Source: a virus (Duplodnaviria > Caudoviricetes). From it: DNA of 39,364 bases. The stretch spans positions 1 through 39,364 of IMG/VR virus record IMGVR_UViG_3300008255_000057; one strand, given 5' to 3'. A model generated the notes under the pieces. The model was not told the DNA's origin. It made no database searches and was given only the letters and a program-made list of their open reading frames with translations. This document shows, piece after piece, positions 8,568 to 16,894 of the stretch. Position numbers and translations under genes: made by a program. Each line of letters opens with the position of its first letter. Within the stretch, counting starts at the first letter, position 1.

Positions 8568-8599
8568 ACCGGGTGCCCCCTAGCACGCGCAAGGTTAGC

Positions 8600-8657
8600 A
8601 TCGTAAGGCGCGATTCGCAGTTGTGTCAAGGTTTACATGAGTATAAGTACTCATGTA
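8600..8657. promoter_or_regulatory. Divergent control region: leftward TTGACA-N18-TACGAT promoter plus a 10-bp palindrome
   Basis: tacatgagta-taag-tactcatgta at 8634-8657; tgtcaa at 8624-8629; atcgta at 8600-8605. Confidence 0.5.
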
Positions 8658-8683
8658 TCAATACGTGCAAGCAAAACCATCTT

Positions 8684-8848
8684 ATGCCCGACATGATCAG
8701 ACGCGCGCAACTTGTTGCTGATGCTCTCATAGGAACAACCGGGAATTTATCGGACCATGCGAGCGAAGATGAAATTAACAATGCGATATTTGCGATCAAT
8801 GTCACAATGAAGGCGATGACGAATGACCGTAGTTGCATCCGGCTATGA
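8684..8848 (+). pseudogene. Small, probably frameshifted or deleted hypothetical gene
   Basis: MPDMIRRAQLVADAL...; the +1 frame carries CDQCHNEGDDE* ending in an ATGA overlap with the next ORF at 8823. Confidence 0.35.
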
Positions 8849-8948
8849 AACGCCGTATTGGGCAACGGAAACACTTTTAAAACATTTGCCGTCTATTGTT
8901 GGTTGCGAAATTTAGGAACCGCTCGCAAGATGGAGGGTTAAACCATGA
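8823..8948 (+). pseudogene. Remnant of a DNA methyltransferase-like gene N-terminus
   Basis: MTVVASGYETPYWATETLLKHLPSIVGCEI*EPLA resembles YETP.WATE.LL...IWEP.(A/C)G of small phage SAM-dependent MTases; TAG at 8913 sits at the Trp position. Confidence 0.5.
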
Positions 8949-9184
8949 TGTTAAAATGGCGCACGGTCACGCATAGCAATGACGCGCGATTTTTGATAAA
9001 GGGAACCGAACTAAGTGTTGCTGTTGTTCCCGGTACGCGCTCCCGCTTTCAGCTTTGCGAAGTCCGCAGTCGTGATGCAGACGGCCATCCTGATCGCGTT
9101 TACATGGTACGCGATGCACACGCGGTAACGGACGCACAAGTTAAATCGGTTGTTCGTCTGCATCACGACTGCGGACTTCGGTGA
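8945..9184 (+). CDS. Hypothetical early protein (C-terminus possibly frameshifted)
   Basis: RBS GGAGG; another frame gives ITTADFGDLDNAVNWCLLQG* just before the next gene. Confidence 0.5.
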   Translation: MMLKWRTVTHSNDARFLIKGTELSVAVVPGTRSRFQLCEVRSRDADGHPDRVYMVRDAHAVTDAQVKSVVRLHHDCGLR

Positions 9185-9228
9185 TCTTGATAACGCTGTT
9201 AATTGGTGTCTTTTACAAGGTTGATTAA

Positions 9229-9435
9229 ATGGCTACACAACAATTCCTAAAATGTATCAATTGCGTTTATGCGCTATGGCCGCAACACGCGCCCGGCTTT
9301 TGCATGGTACATAATATGGGAACAATGGAAGCGCGCGAACCGTCCGCCCCATGCGGTCCCGATGCTATAAATTATATTGACAAGCCTGTGAGCGGGCCAT
9401 TTTCTGCCCCGCTCAATATGGAGGTAAAATCATGA
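9229..9435 (+). CDS. Small Cys-rich (CxxC...C...CGP) hypothetical protein
   Basis: CINCVY...FCMV...EAR....CGPDA pattern; AAGG RBS. Confidence 0.6.
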   Translation: MATQQFLKCINCVYALWPQHAPGFCMVHNMGTMEAREPSAPCGPDAINYIDKPVSGPFSAPLNMEVKS

Positions 9436-9556
9436 ATAAGTAACATCTCGGGCCATTGGAAAAATTTTCTTATAGAAAACGGACCAAAGAAACCCGAACC
9501 CGGCTGAAAACAGCCCGAAAGTCCCGCCCCTCAAAAGGTGGGGTTTTTGTTACAAT

Positions 9557-9627
9557 TAAAATAACTTTTCTTATTGACAGGTCTGTTAAAGCCGCTAGAA
9601 TGGTCGCACCCAACCAAGCAAAGGAAC
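9557..9627 (+). promoter_or_regulatory. 71-bp promoter+RBS cassette, copy 1 (TTGACA-N16-TAGAAT)
   Basis: -35 at 9574-9579, -10 at 9596-9601, AAGGA RBS; repeated at 9806-9876 with one mismatch. Confidence 0.85.
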
Positions 9628-9634
9628 TGACACC

Positions 9635-9808
9635 ATGACCAAATTCAAACCGGCGCTTACCGCCACTCAAGTCAAAATCTTGGCCGAATATATCAAGACA
9701 GGTCGCGTTGCTCATTTGTACCCCAAGAAACGCACCATTGCGTTAAACAGCTTTCCAGGTGTTCCGATTAAAGACGCTATTGAAAAAATGTTGACTGTCC
9801 TAAAATAA
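9635..9808 (+). CDS. 57-aa early protein (not in the ORF track)
   Basis: MTKFKPALTATQVKILAEYIKTGRVAHLYPKKRTIALNSFPGVPIKDAIEKMLTVLK, directly after promoter and RBS. Confidence 0.75.
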   Translation: MTKFKPALTATQVKILAEYIKTGRVAHLYPKKRTIALNSFPGVPIKDAIEKMLTVLK

Positions 9809-9876
9809 AATAACTTTTCTTATCGACAGGTCTGTTAAAGCCGCTAGAATGGTCGCACCCAACCAAGCAAAGGAAC
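9806..9876 (+). promoter_or_regulatory. 71-bp promoter+RBS cassette, copy 2 (TCGACA-N16-TAGAAT)
   Basis: Identical to 9557-9627 except T>C in the -35 box. Confidence 0.8.
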
Positions 9877-9883
9877 CGCCCGA

Positions 9884-10177
9884 ATGAAAAACGCCGAACC
9901 CCGCACCCTGGAAGCCATGCAGAGCCGCGCTACCTGTTATGAAGTGGTTGTCAGCGTCAACGGTAAAGACTTCATTGCCGGTTACATGTCACGAAAAACC
10001 AAATCCACATTGGTTGCGGTCGCGCAATTTTACAGCGAGTACCTTTTAAACGCACTCGGCGCGGACGCCGATAAGCCGGTGAGCTATAACCGTGACGGTT
10101 TGGTTTTCAGCCCGACTGTTCGCGTCTACTTCACCGGACGTACCGAACGTGATGCTCGCATCGGTATGGGAGGCTAA
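9884..10177 (+). CDS. Hypothetical early protein
   Basis: 97 aa after the duplicated promoter/RBS. Confidence 0.75.
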   Translation: MKNAEPRTLEAMQSRATCYEVVVSVNGKDFIAGYMSRKTKSTLVAVAQFYSEYLLNALGADADKPVSYNRDGLVFSPTVRVYFTGRTERDARIGMGG

Positions 10178-10235
10178 GACGATGACTTCCGCCGGTACTT
10201 CTTTTCCGGTTTTTGAATGATTTTGATGTGCGCTA

Positions 10236-10466
10236 TTAGACCTTCTCCCCAGCGGCTCGCAACCACGGCAACACGCGCTTATCCTTGCGCTTGATCGCTT
10301 CGGTTTTCACAGCATTATGCAATCCGGCAAGACTGCCAAAATGAAATGAGATTGTTCCGTGACTGCATTTGATCTTGCGCGCCACGCCTGAGAGTGTAAC
10401 AGCCGTCAAACCGCCATTCGCGGCGCAATTTAAACCAGCTTCAATAATCTGTTCTTTACGAGTCAT
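10236..10466 (-). CDS. TetR-type HTH-only transcription regulator
   Basis: MTRKEQIIEAGL...GLTAVTLSGVARKIKCSHGTISFHFGS is a TetR N-terminal HTH; RBS AAGGGG before ATG 10466. Confidence 0.8.
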   Translation of the reverse strand: MTRKEQIIEAGLNCAANGGLTAVTLSGVARKIKCSHGTISFHFGSLAGLHNAVKTEAIKRKDKRVLPWLRAAGEKV

Positions 10467-10467
10467 G

Positions 10468-10854
10468 TTATCCCCTTGTGAGTTTAAGTAAATCAGAAAC
10501 ACATTTAACAGACGTTGCAAAAGTTGACAAGCCGCCTGATTTTTTAACAAGGTTTATAAACCTTTCTTGCGCTTTTTCGCGGTCATCGGTCGGCGCGCGC
10601 CATCCTTCTTTTTTCACTTCAACAGCCGTGAAAACCGCGACAACGCGCCCGACCATATCGGGTGTTATGACAACCGGAGTCCAGCCTATCAGGTCGCTGG
10701 AACGCAACTCTTGATTCGGTTTTGTATGACCCAAACCATATCGAATCAATCGGCCCGTTTTGTCATATGCCGCGCCGTTGTTGTTTCTCAAAAGCGTTGC
10801 ACCTTGTGCCGCCGCTTCGAGTTGAATGCGCTGCCCCGTGGCTGTTTCACGCAT
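10468..10854 (-). CDS. VRR-NUC domain nuclease
   Basis: LLRNNNG...YGL...SSDLIG...AVEVK...Q.RFI...GG, a PD-(D/E)xK signature. Confidence 0.85.
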   Translation of the reverse strand: MRETATGQRIQLEAAAQGATLLRNNNGAAYDKTGRLIRYGLGHTKPNQELRSSDLIGWTPVVITPDMVGRVVAVFTAVEVKKEGWRAPTDDREKAQERFINLVKKSGGLSTFATSVKCVSDLLKLTRG

Positions 10855-12466
10855 CGCCCATAATCCTTTCCGTGAGTTTATCCATTTCTTTTCGATCCAA
10901 TGCCAGCGCGCTTAGAACATCGTAACCAGTCCAAAAGTAAAAGCGTTTATAGCTTTCATTATCGGGACGGCCTAGCGCGCGTTGCTTTCCAGCCCATACC
11001 GCTATTGCATCGGCAAGCGTGCGTTGTGATGCAATCCGTTCAATTTGCTTATTCGCGACACCTTTTCCGGCGAACTCACCCGCAACGGCACCAACCCTTG
11101 TGGCAATTGCCCCAGGTGATTCCAGTTCTACAGCCGCGCGCATTTCCGCCAGCGTAGCCGCGTCTAATAGCATTAAATCGCCGTCAACTTGTTCGATTGT
11201 CCGCCGCGTCTCATATTCGACTTTTATTTTTTCCGCACCACAATAAGGGCAAGCACTGTGAATACGTTCATACGCGCGCATACAGGAATCGCATTGTGTT
11301 ATTGGTATATCTTCCGGGTCTTTTTCGCGCCGTACTCTTGTCGCGTCCAATGACCAACGGCGCGGACGATCCGGCAAGCCATGTTCGCGGACATTGCTCA
11401 CATGATCAATAATCAATGCGCGATTTTTTCCAGGTGCGGGCCGCAACGCTCGTCCGATTTGTTGTAAGAAAACAGCAAGCGATTGCGTAGCACGGGCCAT
11501 AATGACGGTTTCAATGGCCGGAACGTCAACACCTTCACCAAGTAAATCACAGTTGCAAAGAACTTTTATTTGTCGCGCAACAAATCGGCGCATGAGTGAA
11601 AAGCGTTCATAATCATCATTTTTTGCGCTAATTGCCGCCGCCGATATACCACACGCGTTGAATTGTGCTGCAATTTTTTCAGCCGCTTCTACCGACGCAG
11701 CAAACACAACACAAAGCGAATTGTTGGCCCACATGATATAATTATCGACTACATCACCAACGATTTGAGCGCGCTCCGATTCATCGCGCAAACTCTTTGC
11801 GGTGAAATCGCCAGTGCTGCCTATGGTCAAATGCTCACGGTCGAAACTTGTGGCAGGCATTACAATTTCGTATTCAGACAAGTGACCTTGATTGATCAAT
11901 TCGCGCATACTTGGTCCGGTCACTAGAGCATTATAAATACCGTCAGCATGTGCACCGAGCCCGCGACCGTCCGCGCGTTGTGGTGTGGCAGTCAAACCGA
12001 GACAACGCGCATTCGGAAACATCATCGCGGCTTTTCCAAATGTACCTTCACGTAAATAATGGTGAGCCTCGTCTTGGATGACTAGGCGAATTTGTTTGTG
12101 CCAATCATCCGGTCCGCGTGAAGCGAGTGTTTGAACTGATGCAATGACATTCGATGCCGTCGGGTTCATATAAGACTTACCTAAAGCCTCACGATGAATT
12201 TTAATTATGTTCGCGACAACGGCTTTAGGTGCGATGATGTTATGAGGAATCGACTCTTGCGCTAGATGTAAACTGAGTTGACTGACCAACTCTTGGCGAT
12301 GCGCCATCATAAGCGATCCGTTACCTTGTTGTGCAACGATAGAACGCGCAATGACGGCCTTACCGCCGCCAGTCGGTAATTGTGCCAATACATTCCGCGC
12401 ATTCGATTGCCACGCGAAATTAATATCGTAAATGAGTTTGAATTGATAAGGACGAAGATCGGTCAC
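10847..12466 (-). CDS. SF2 DEAD/DEAH-box helicase with C-terminal Zn finger
   Basis: LRPYQ, PTGGGK, DEAHH, TATP, EGVDVP, QQIGRALR; CDSC...CPYC. Confidence 0.92.
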   Translation of the reverse strand: MTDLRPYQFKLIYDINFAWQSNARNVLAQLPTGGGKAVIARSIVAQQGNGSLMMAHRQELVSQLSLHLAQESIPHNIIAPKAVVANIIKIHREALGKSYMNPTASNVIASVQTLASRGPDDWHKQIRLVIQDEAHHYLREGTFGKAAMMFPNARCLGLTATPQRADGRGLGAHADGIYNALVTGPSMRELINQGHLSEYEIVMPATSFDREHLTIGSTGDFTAKSLRDESERAQIVGDVVDNYIMWANNSLCVVFAASVEAAEKIAAQFNACGISAAAISAKNDDYERFSLMRRFVARQIKVLCNCDLLGEGVDVPAIETVIMARATQSLAVFLQQIGRALRPAPGKNRALIIDHVSNVREHGLPDRPRRWSLDATRVRREKDPEDIPITQCDSCMRAYERIHSACPYCGAEKIKVEYETRRTIEQVDGDLMLLDAATLAEMRAAVELESPGAIATRVGAVAGEFAGKGVANKQIERIASQRTLADAIAVWAGKQRALGRPDNESYKRFYFWTGYDVLSALALDRKEMDKLTERIMGDA

Positions 12467-13110
12467 TAACGCGTCAACTCTATAAAGCGATTCAGAAATT
12501 TATCTTCGGCAAGACTCCAATTCCAACCGTGATTCTCATTCAATATATTAAATCTTTCAGTTTTCACCCATGACGGATCGGTTAAGAAAATATCAACTTC
12601 ATCGGCAATGATTCGCTTGTCCGCTTGTTTCACTTCTTCGGGTATATCACTCGATAGTCCGAATTTTTTAGCGATCACTTTCATGACATCACGCTCAATA
12701 GAATAATAACCCGTGATCATCGGCTTGATTGGTGATGGTATGTCGCACAAATAAGCTTCGCTCGCATCATGCAACAACGCCCATAGAGCAATTTCAGCCG
12801 AGACATAATGCGACAAGTGAATCGAATGTTCCGCGATACTGTAAAAATCAATCGTGTGACCATTAAAGCGACATTGCATCGCGAGCGAATGAGCAATATC
12901 TTCAATGCATACATCATCCGGTTTAGGATCAAGCGGATAAAATCGCTTGCCGGTAAAAGTCGAAATCCAATCGCCTTTGCGTCCAATGACAAGTAATGCG
13001 GTAAATGCACCGTCACTACGTTGCCCGCGTTCGGTGACAGTCCACCCGTTCGCAATGTGTGAAACAATGGCCTCGTCTAGTTCGGATTCTGTATCAGCGG
13101 AAATAATCAT
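12466..13110 (-). CDS. HD-domain phosphohydrolase (YfbR-like 5'-deoxynucleotidase) with an extra small N-terminal domain
   Basis: IEDIAHSLAMQCRFNGH...YSIAEHS...ALLHDASEAY..D....K...AD. Confidence 0.85.
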   Translation of the reverse strand: MIISADTESELDEAIVSHIANGWTVTERGQRSDGAFTALLVIGRKGDWISTFTGKRFYPLDPKPDDVCIEDIAHSLAMQCRFNGHTIDFYSIAEHSIHLSHYVSAEIALWALLHDASEAYLCDIPSPIKPMITGYYSIERDVMKVIAKKFGLSSDIPEEVKQADKRIIADEVDIFLTDPSWVKTERFNILNENHGWNWSLAEDKFLNRFIELTR

Positions 13111-13355
13111 TTGATTGCCTTTGCGCGTTTTTGAGCGTCGAAAATATAGCGGATCATTTCACCAACATCATTGTATTTCCTAATATCTCTGGGATCATCA
13201 AACCACCACATGAAAGGACTCGCTTCTAATTCTTCAACATAAAATTTAGCTTGTCGTTTTTTATCAAATCCCGCTAAACCATTCATCACGTCATGTTTAG
13301 TCGGAATGTGACGAATCACCCATCCACCGCGCCTTTTATATATCTCAAAAAGCAT
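13107..13355 (-). CDS. Hypothetical protein
   Basis: 82 aa, RBS AAGGGG, ATGA coupling to the HD gene. Confidence 0.7.
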   Translation of the reverse strand: MLFEIYKRRGGWVIRHIPTKHDVMNGLAGFDKKRQAKFYVEELEASPFMWWFDDPRDIRKYNDVGEMIRYIFDAQKRAKAIK

Positions 13356-13379
13356 AATAACCCCTTCGATTTTTCACGC

Positions 13380-13419
13380 TTGACACCCCTGATAATATAT
13401 TTATTATCGCACTTGTCAA
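13380..13419. promoter_or_regulatory. Symmetric bidirectional promoter
   Basis: TTGACA-cccct-GATAATA-tatt-TATTATC-gcact-TGTCAA gives TTGACA-N16-TATTAT on both strands at the strand-switch point. Confidence 0.75.
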
Positions 13420-13421
13420 AC

Positions 13422-13568
13422 ATGAAACTTGAGAGTCAAGTAATGTATGGTGAAACACGCCCCGCTTAAGAAAAGATTTTTACCCGTAAACGTGAGGCGG
13501 AATCTTTTGCAAAAAAACATAAGAGCATGGGAGATATAATTTTCAGTATTAAAAAGTTGACCCCGTGA
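13422..13568 (+). pseudogene. Small gene interrupted by an in-frame TAA
   Basis: MKLESQVMYGETRPA*EKIFTRKREAESFAKKHKSMGDIIFSIKKLTP; TAA at 13467. Confidence 0.4.
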
Positions 13569-13644
13569 AAAATCCCGGCCCGCATTCTCTTATGTCGGCT
13601 ATCGAACAATTCAAAAATTCTCAACACTGAAAAAGGAAACGATC

Positions 13645-14430
13645 ATGACAAAATTTAGCCTGCAAATTTCGTGCAATGATGCTGCCGAACTTGCAAAAGT
13701 GGTTGCACTCTTGACCGGCACAACATCACTTGCAACCGTGACAGCCGCACCGGCCGCCGCTCAACAGCAACCGGCATTTAATCCGCCGCCACCCGCCACT
13801 GTACCGGCAACAACCTCAAACAGTAACGAACTCGATTCAAAGGGTTTGCCGTGGGACGCAAGAATCCATTCCGAAACAAAAGCAAAGAACAAAGACGGCT
13901 CATGGCGCGGACGCCGTGGGGTTGATGATGCTACCATCAATGCTGTTACGGCGGAATTGCACGATCGCGTTTCGGCTCAACAACAGCAACCCGCCGCCGC
14001 TGCAACTGTTGAACCGTCACCCGAACAAGTATTTGATGCGCCCGCCGCTCAACAGCAACCGGCTTTCAATCCTGCACCATCCGCCGCCGCTGTACCGGAT
14101 TCGGACCCGATGGCAATTCCGGCATTCTTGCAACGTCAACCCGCCGCCGCTGTATCACCACCGCCGCCGCCCGTTGCCGAACAACAGCAACCCGCACCGG
14201 CTCAACAACCCGCCGCCGCGCCGTCCGCCGATGCACCATTACCGCAACTCAATTTTCAACAACTCATGTCCGCGATTAGCCAAGGTTTGCGGGATAAGAA
14301 AATTGACAATGTTTATCTTGGTCAACTTGTCACGCATTATCAACTTCCGAGCATTCCGGCCTTAGCTACATCACACGCGTCGCTTATTCCGCAGGTGATA
14401 GCCGCATTGCGTCAACGTGGTGTTGTCTAA
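13645..14430 (+). CDS. Ala/Pro/Gln-rich conserved phage protein (replication/recombination accessory)
   Basis: Motif DSKGLPWDARIHS..K....G.WR.RRG; repeated AAQQQPAFNP; precedes the exonuclease and SSB. Confidence 0.75.
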   Translation: MTKFSLQISCNDAAELAKVVALLTGTTSLATVTAAPAAAQQQPAFNPPPPATVPATTSNSNELDSKGLPWDARIHSETKAKNKDGSWRGRRGVDDATINAVTAELHDRVSAQQQQPAAAATVEPSPEQVFDAPAAQQQPAFNPAPSAAAVPDSDPMAIPAFLQRQPAAAVSPPPPPVAEQQQPAPAQQPAAAPSADAPLPQLNFQQLMSAISQGLRDKKIDNVYLGQLVTHYQLPSIPALATSHASLIPQVIAALRQRGVV

Positions 14431-15527
14431 TGGATCAACTGGAAATTAATGCAACGGAACTCCACCGCATCATGGGATGCGGTGGATACCGTCACATTGA
14501 TCCGTTTGTTTCAGCCGATGAAATGACGGATAACCGGCGCGAAGGAATCGCCGCACATAAAGTGATTCAATTTGTTTTGAATGGCACGGTATCCGAACCG
14601 GAAGAATTGATTGACCGGGCGATTGACGGATATATCGTGACTGGCGAAATGATTGAACACCTTAAACCGCACATCGATCATATTCAGCGCCGCGAATTAC
14701 CGGTACATTGCGAAGAAACAGTTAATTGGATGGCTAACGGTGCTTCAATCAATTGCCGTCCCGATGTTTTTTCATACAATGAAACCACGCGCACACTGTT
14801 TGTCGATGAACCTAAATACGGTTGGCGCATTGTCGAACCTCAATCGAATTGGCAAATGATTGCCGGAGTTATCGGCGCGATGTTCAAATACGGTTGGTCT
14901 GCGCAAATGATTGTGATGACGATTCATCAGCCGCGCCCGTTTCATGAGCGCGGTCCAATTCGTAAATGGGTCATCGATAACAGCGAGATTCAAACCATCT
15001 ATAATCAAATCAACGCACGAATTGCAGCGTTGCCGCCAACCATCACAACCGGCCCGCATTGTTATAAGTGCGACCGTGCTCCATTGTGTCCCGCGTCAAG
15101 AATGGCCGCGCTTGCTGCTGTGGATATTACCACTCAACACTATCATGAGAACTTGACAGACTTGCAGATTTCCTATGAATTGGAATTGCTAGATCGTGCT
15201 GAGAACGCTTTAAAAGTCCGTTTTGATGCTCTAAAATCGCTTGCCGCTTCAAAAGGTGGTGTGCCGGGATGGGCAATGAAACAAACTTATGGAAACCGTA
15301 AATGGATTCAAGGCGCGGACGCGGAAACGCTTTCAATGCTTGGTGGTGTGCCGATTGATGTGATTCAAAAATCAACATTGGTCACGCCGTCACAAGCTGA
15401 AAAAGCCGGAATACCAAAAGACACGGTAAACAGTTGGACCGAACGCCCATCACGCGGGTTTAATCTTGTGCGATCAGATATCAATGAAGATGCAAAAGCA
15501 CTATTTACGGAGGAATTAAAACAATGA
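14430..15527 (+). CDS. Cas4-like PD-(D/E)xK exonuclease (DUF2800-type)
   Basis: REG..AH, RPD, KYG..V....NWQM, IHQPR, GPHCYKC.....CP. Confidence 0.8.
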   Translation: MDQLEINATELHRIMGCGGYRHIDPFVSADEMTDNRREGIAAHKVIQFVLNGTVSEPEELIDRAIDGYIVTGEMIEHLKPHIDHIQRRELPVHCEETVNWMANGASINCRPDVFSYNETTRTLFVDEPKYGWRIVEPQSNWQMIAGVIGAMFKYGWSAQMIVMTIHQPRPFHERGPIRKWVIDNSEIQTIYNQINARIAALPPTITTGPHCYKCDRAPLCPASRMAALAAVDITTQHYHENLTDLQISYELELLDRAENALKVRFDALKSLAASKGGVPGWAMKQTYGNRKWIQGADAETLSMLGGVPIDVIQKSTLVTPSQAEKAGIPKDTVNSWTERPSRGFNLVRSDINEDAKALFTEELKQ

Positions 15528-15694
15528 AATATGTGCTTGAAAGCATTGACAGTGAAAAGATTTACGGTCCATTCACTGATGTTAGAAAGATGATGCGATG
15601 GGCAAAAACTCAAAACTTTAACAAAGGTGTACGCATCATCCCGCTTCACACCGTAACCGTTCCGCGCAAAAAACCACGCCGTAAACGTAAATAA
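15524..15694 (+). CDS. 56-aa basic hypothetical protein (not in the ORF track)
   Basis: MKYVLESIDSEKIYGPFTDVRKMMRWAK...; RBS GGAGG, ATGA overlap. Confidence 0.7.
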   Translation: MKYVLESIDSEKIYGPFTDVRKMMRWAKTQNFNKGVRIIPLHTVTVPRKKPRRKRK

Positions 15695-15725
15695 CTTTTC
15701 AAATCACAACAGGAGAACTAAACCA

Positions 15726-16622
15726 ATGCCTACACCAATTACAACCGGCCCCGCTCGTATCGTGTGGGGCAACCCCATCAACGGGCGTCCTAAGATCGAC
15801 CAAAACAATCGGCCCGTTTTGGATGATCAGGGAAAACAAATTACACAATGGGCGTTCGGTATCGCTATTCCGAAAGCCGATTTTGGACCGTTGTGGCAAG
15901 CGATGACCAGTGAAGCGCAAACTGTATTCCCGCAAGGCGTTCCCGCCAACTTCGCTTGGAAAATCAAAGATGGTGACGGCCTTGATGATCAAGGCAAACC
16001 GTTCAATACGCGCGAAGGTTACGCCGGTTGTTATGTGTTGAGCGTTTCAACTGAATCATTTGCGCCGCGCGTGGTGCGTTTGAATGGTGGTGCATATAGC
16101 GACATGACCGAAGGAATTAAGACCGGCGATTATGTTCGCGTTGCATTGAATTTGAAGGCGCACAGCGGCAAACTCGGCACACGTGGATCAATGCCCGGAA
16201 TTTATGTCAACCCCGTCATGGTCGAATTTTTAGGCTATGGTGAGGCAATTCAACACGGACCTGATGCAATGGCCGTCTTTGGTGGTCAAACTGTTGCATT
16301 GCCACCCGGTGCATCGGCTGTCCCGCTCGCACCGCAAGGCAATATGCCAGTGCTGCCGATGCCGGCGGCGATGCCTGGAGTACCCCTCGGAAACCCTACG
16401 CACCACGCACCTCGGCCGGGATTTGCACCCGCTGTGGTGCCGGGCGGAATGAACTATGCCGCGACCGCTCAACCAGTCCATACGACGACTGCATACCCTT
16501 CTAATGTGCCGCCAGCACATGATTTTGTGACTAACGCCGCACCCGGTATGATGGGTACACCCCCCACCATTCCCGCTCATGCCGGAATGCCTGGGTTCCC
16601 TTCTAATCAACAGTCCAGGTAA
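15726..16622 (+). CDS. ssDNA-binding protein (DUF2815/gp2.5-like) with a long Pro-rich C-terminal tail
   Basis: RIVWG, IKDGD, GYAGCYVL, GDYVRV, GIYVN..V..LGYGE.I; RBS AGGAG. Confidence 0.8.
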   Translation: MPTPITTGPARIVWGNPINGRPKIDQNNRPVLDDQGKQITQWAFGIAIPKADFGPLWQAMTSEAQTVFPQGVPANFAWKIKDGDGLDDQGKPFNTREGYAGCYVLSVSTESFAPRVVRLNGGAYSDMTEGIKTGDYVRVALNLKAHSGKLGTRGSMPGIYVNPVMVEFLGYGEAIQHGPDAMAVFGGQTVALPPGASAVPLAPQGNMPVLPMPAAMPGVPLGNPTHHAPRPGFAPAVVPGGMNYAATAQPVHTTTAYPSNVPPAHDFVTNAAPGMMGTPPTIPAHAGMPGFPSNQQSR

Positions 16623-16633
16623 GTGCGACGTTG

Positions 16634-16674
16634 AACCGGCCCGGTTTTGAGGGGATCAACCGGGCCGGTTTTTT
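16634..16674 (+). terminator. Rho-independent terminator
   Basis: 13-bp stem aaccggcccggtt/aaccgggccggtt followed by a T run. Confidence 0.85.
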
Positions 16675-16688
16675 ATGGGGTGATAACC

Positions 16689-16883
16689 ATGCAACAAATT
16701 CTTTCATTCAAGAATGAACTGACTGGCGTTGAGATTAGGCTAACGGATGTTGAACATTCATTGGTTGTTCGCCGTCATTGGATTAACGAACGCAACGGCA
16801 ACCCATGTTTTCAAACAATCGGCGGATTTTTTAAGAAAGCCGTTTCGCGAGCGATAGACAATCCGACAGAATTTGCCTTGTGA
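16689..16883 (+). CDS. Hypothetical protein
   Basis: ATG 16689 after GGGGTG. The frame continues VHVS* to an ATGA overlap at 16895, so TGA 16881 may be premature. Confidence 0.55.
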   Translation: MQQILSFKNELTGVEIRLTDVEHSLVVRRHWINERNGNPCFQTIGGFFKKAVSRAIDNPTEFAL

Positions 16884-16894
16884 GTCCATGTTTC

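Noticed and set aside
8913-8915. Genome-wide stop-codon reassignment
   Set aside because: TAA, TAG and TGA all end well-supported genes (terL TAA, terS TAG, polymerase TGA), long genes are uninterrupted, and no suppressor tRNA is seen.
12466-13110. HD protein as DatZ, implying a 2-aminoadenine (Z) genome
   Set aside because: No PurZ or MazZ-like gene is in the genome, and the motifs fit ordinary YfbR-like phage HD proteins.
14430-15527. Cas4-like gene as part of a CRISPR system
   Set aside because: No array or other cas genes; the context is the usual exonuclease-SSB-polymerase module.
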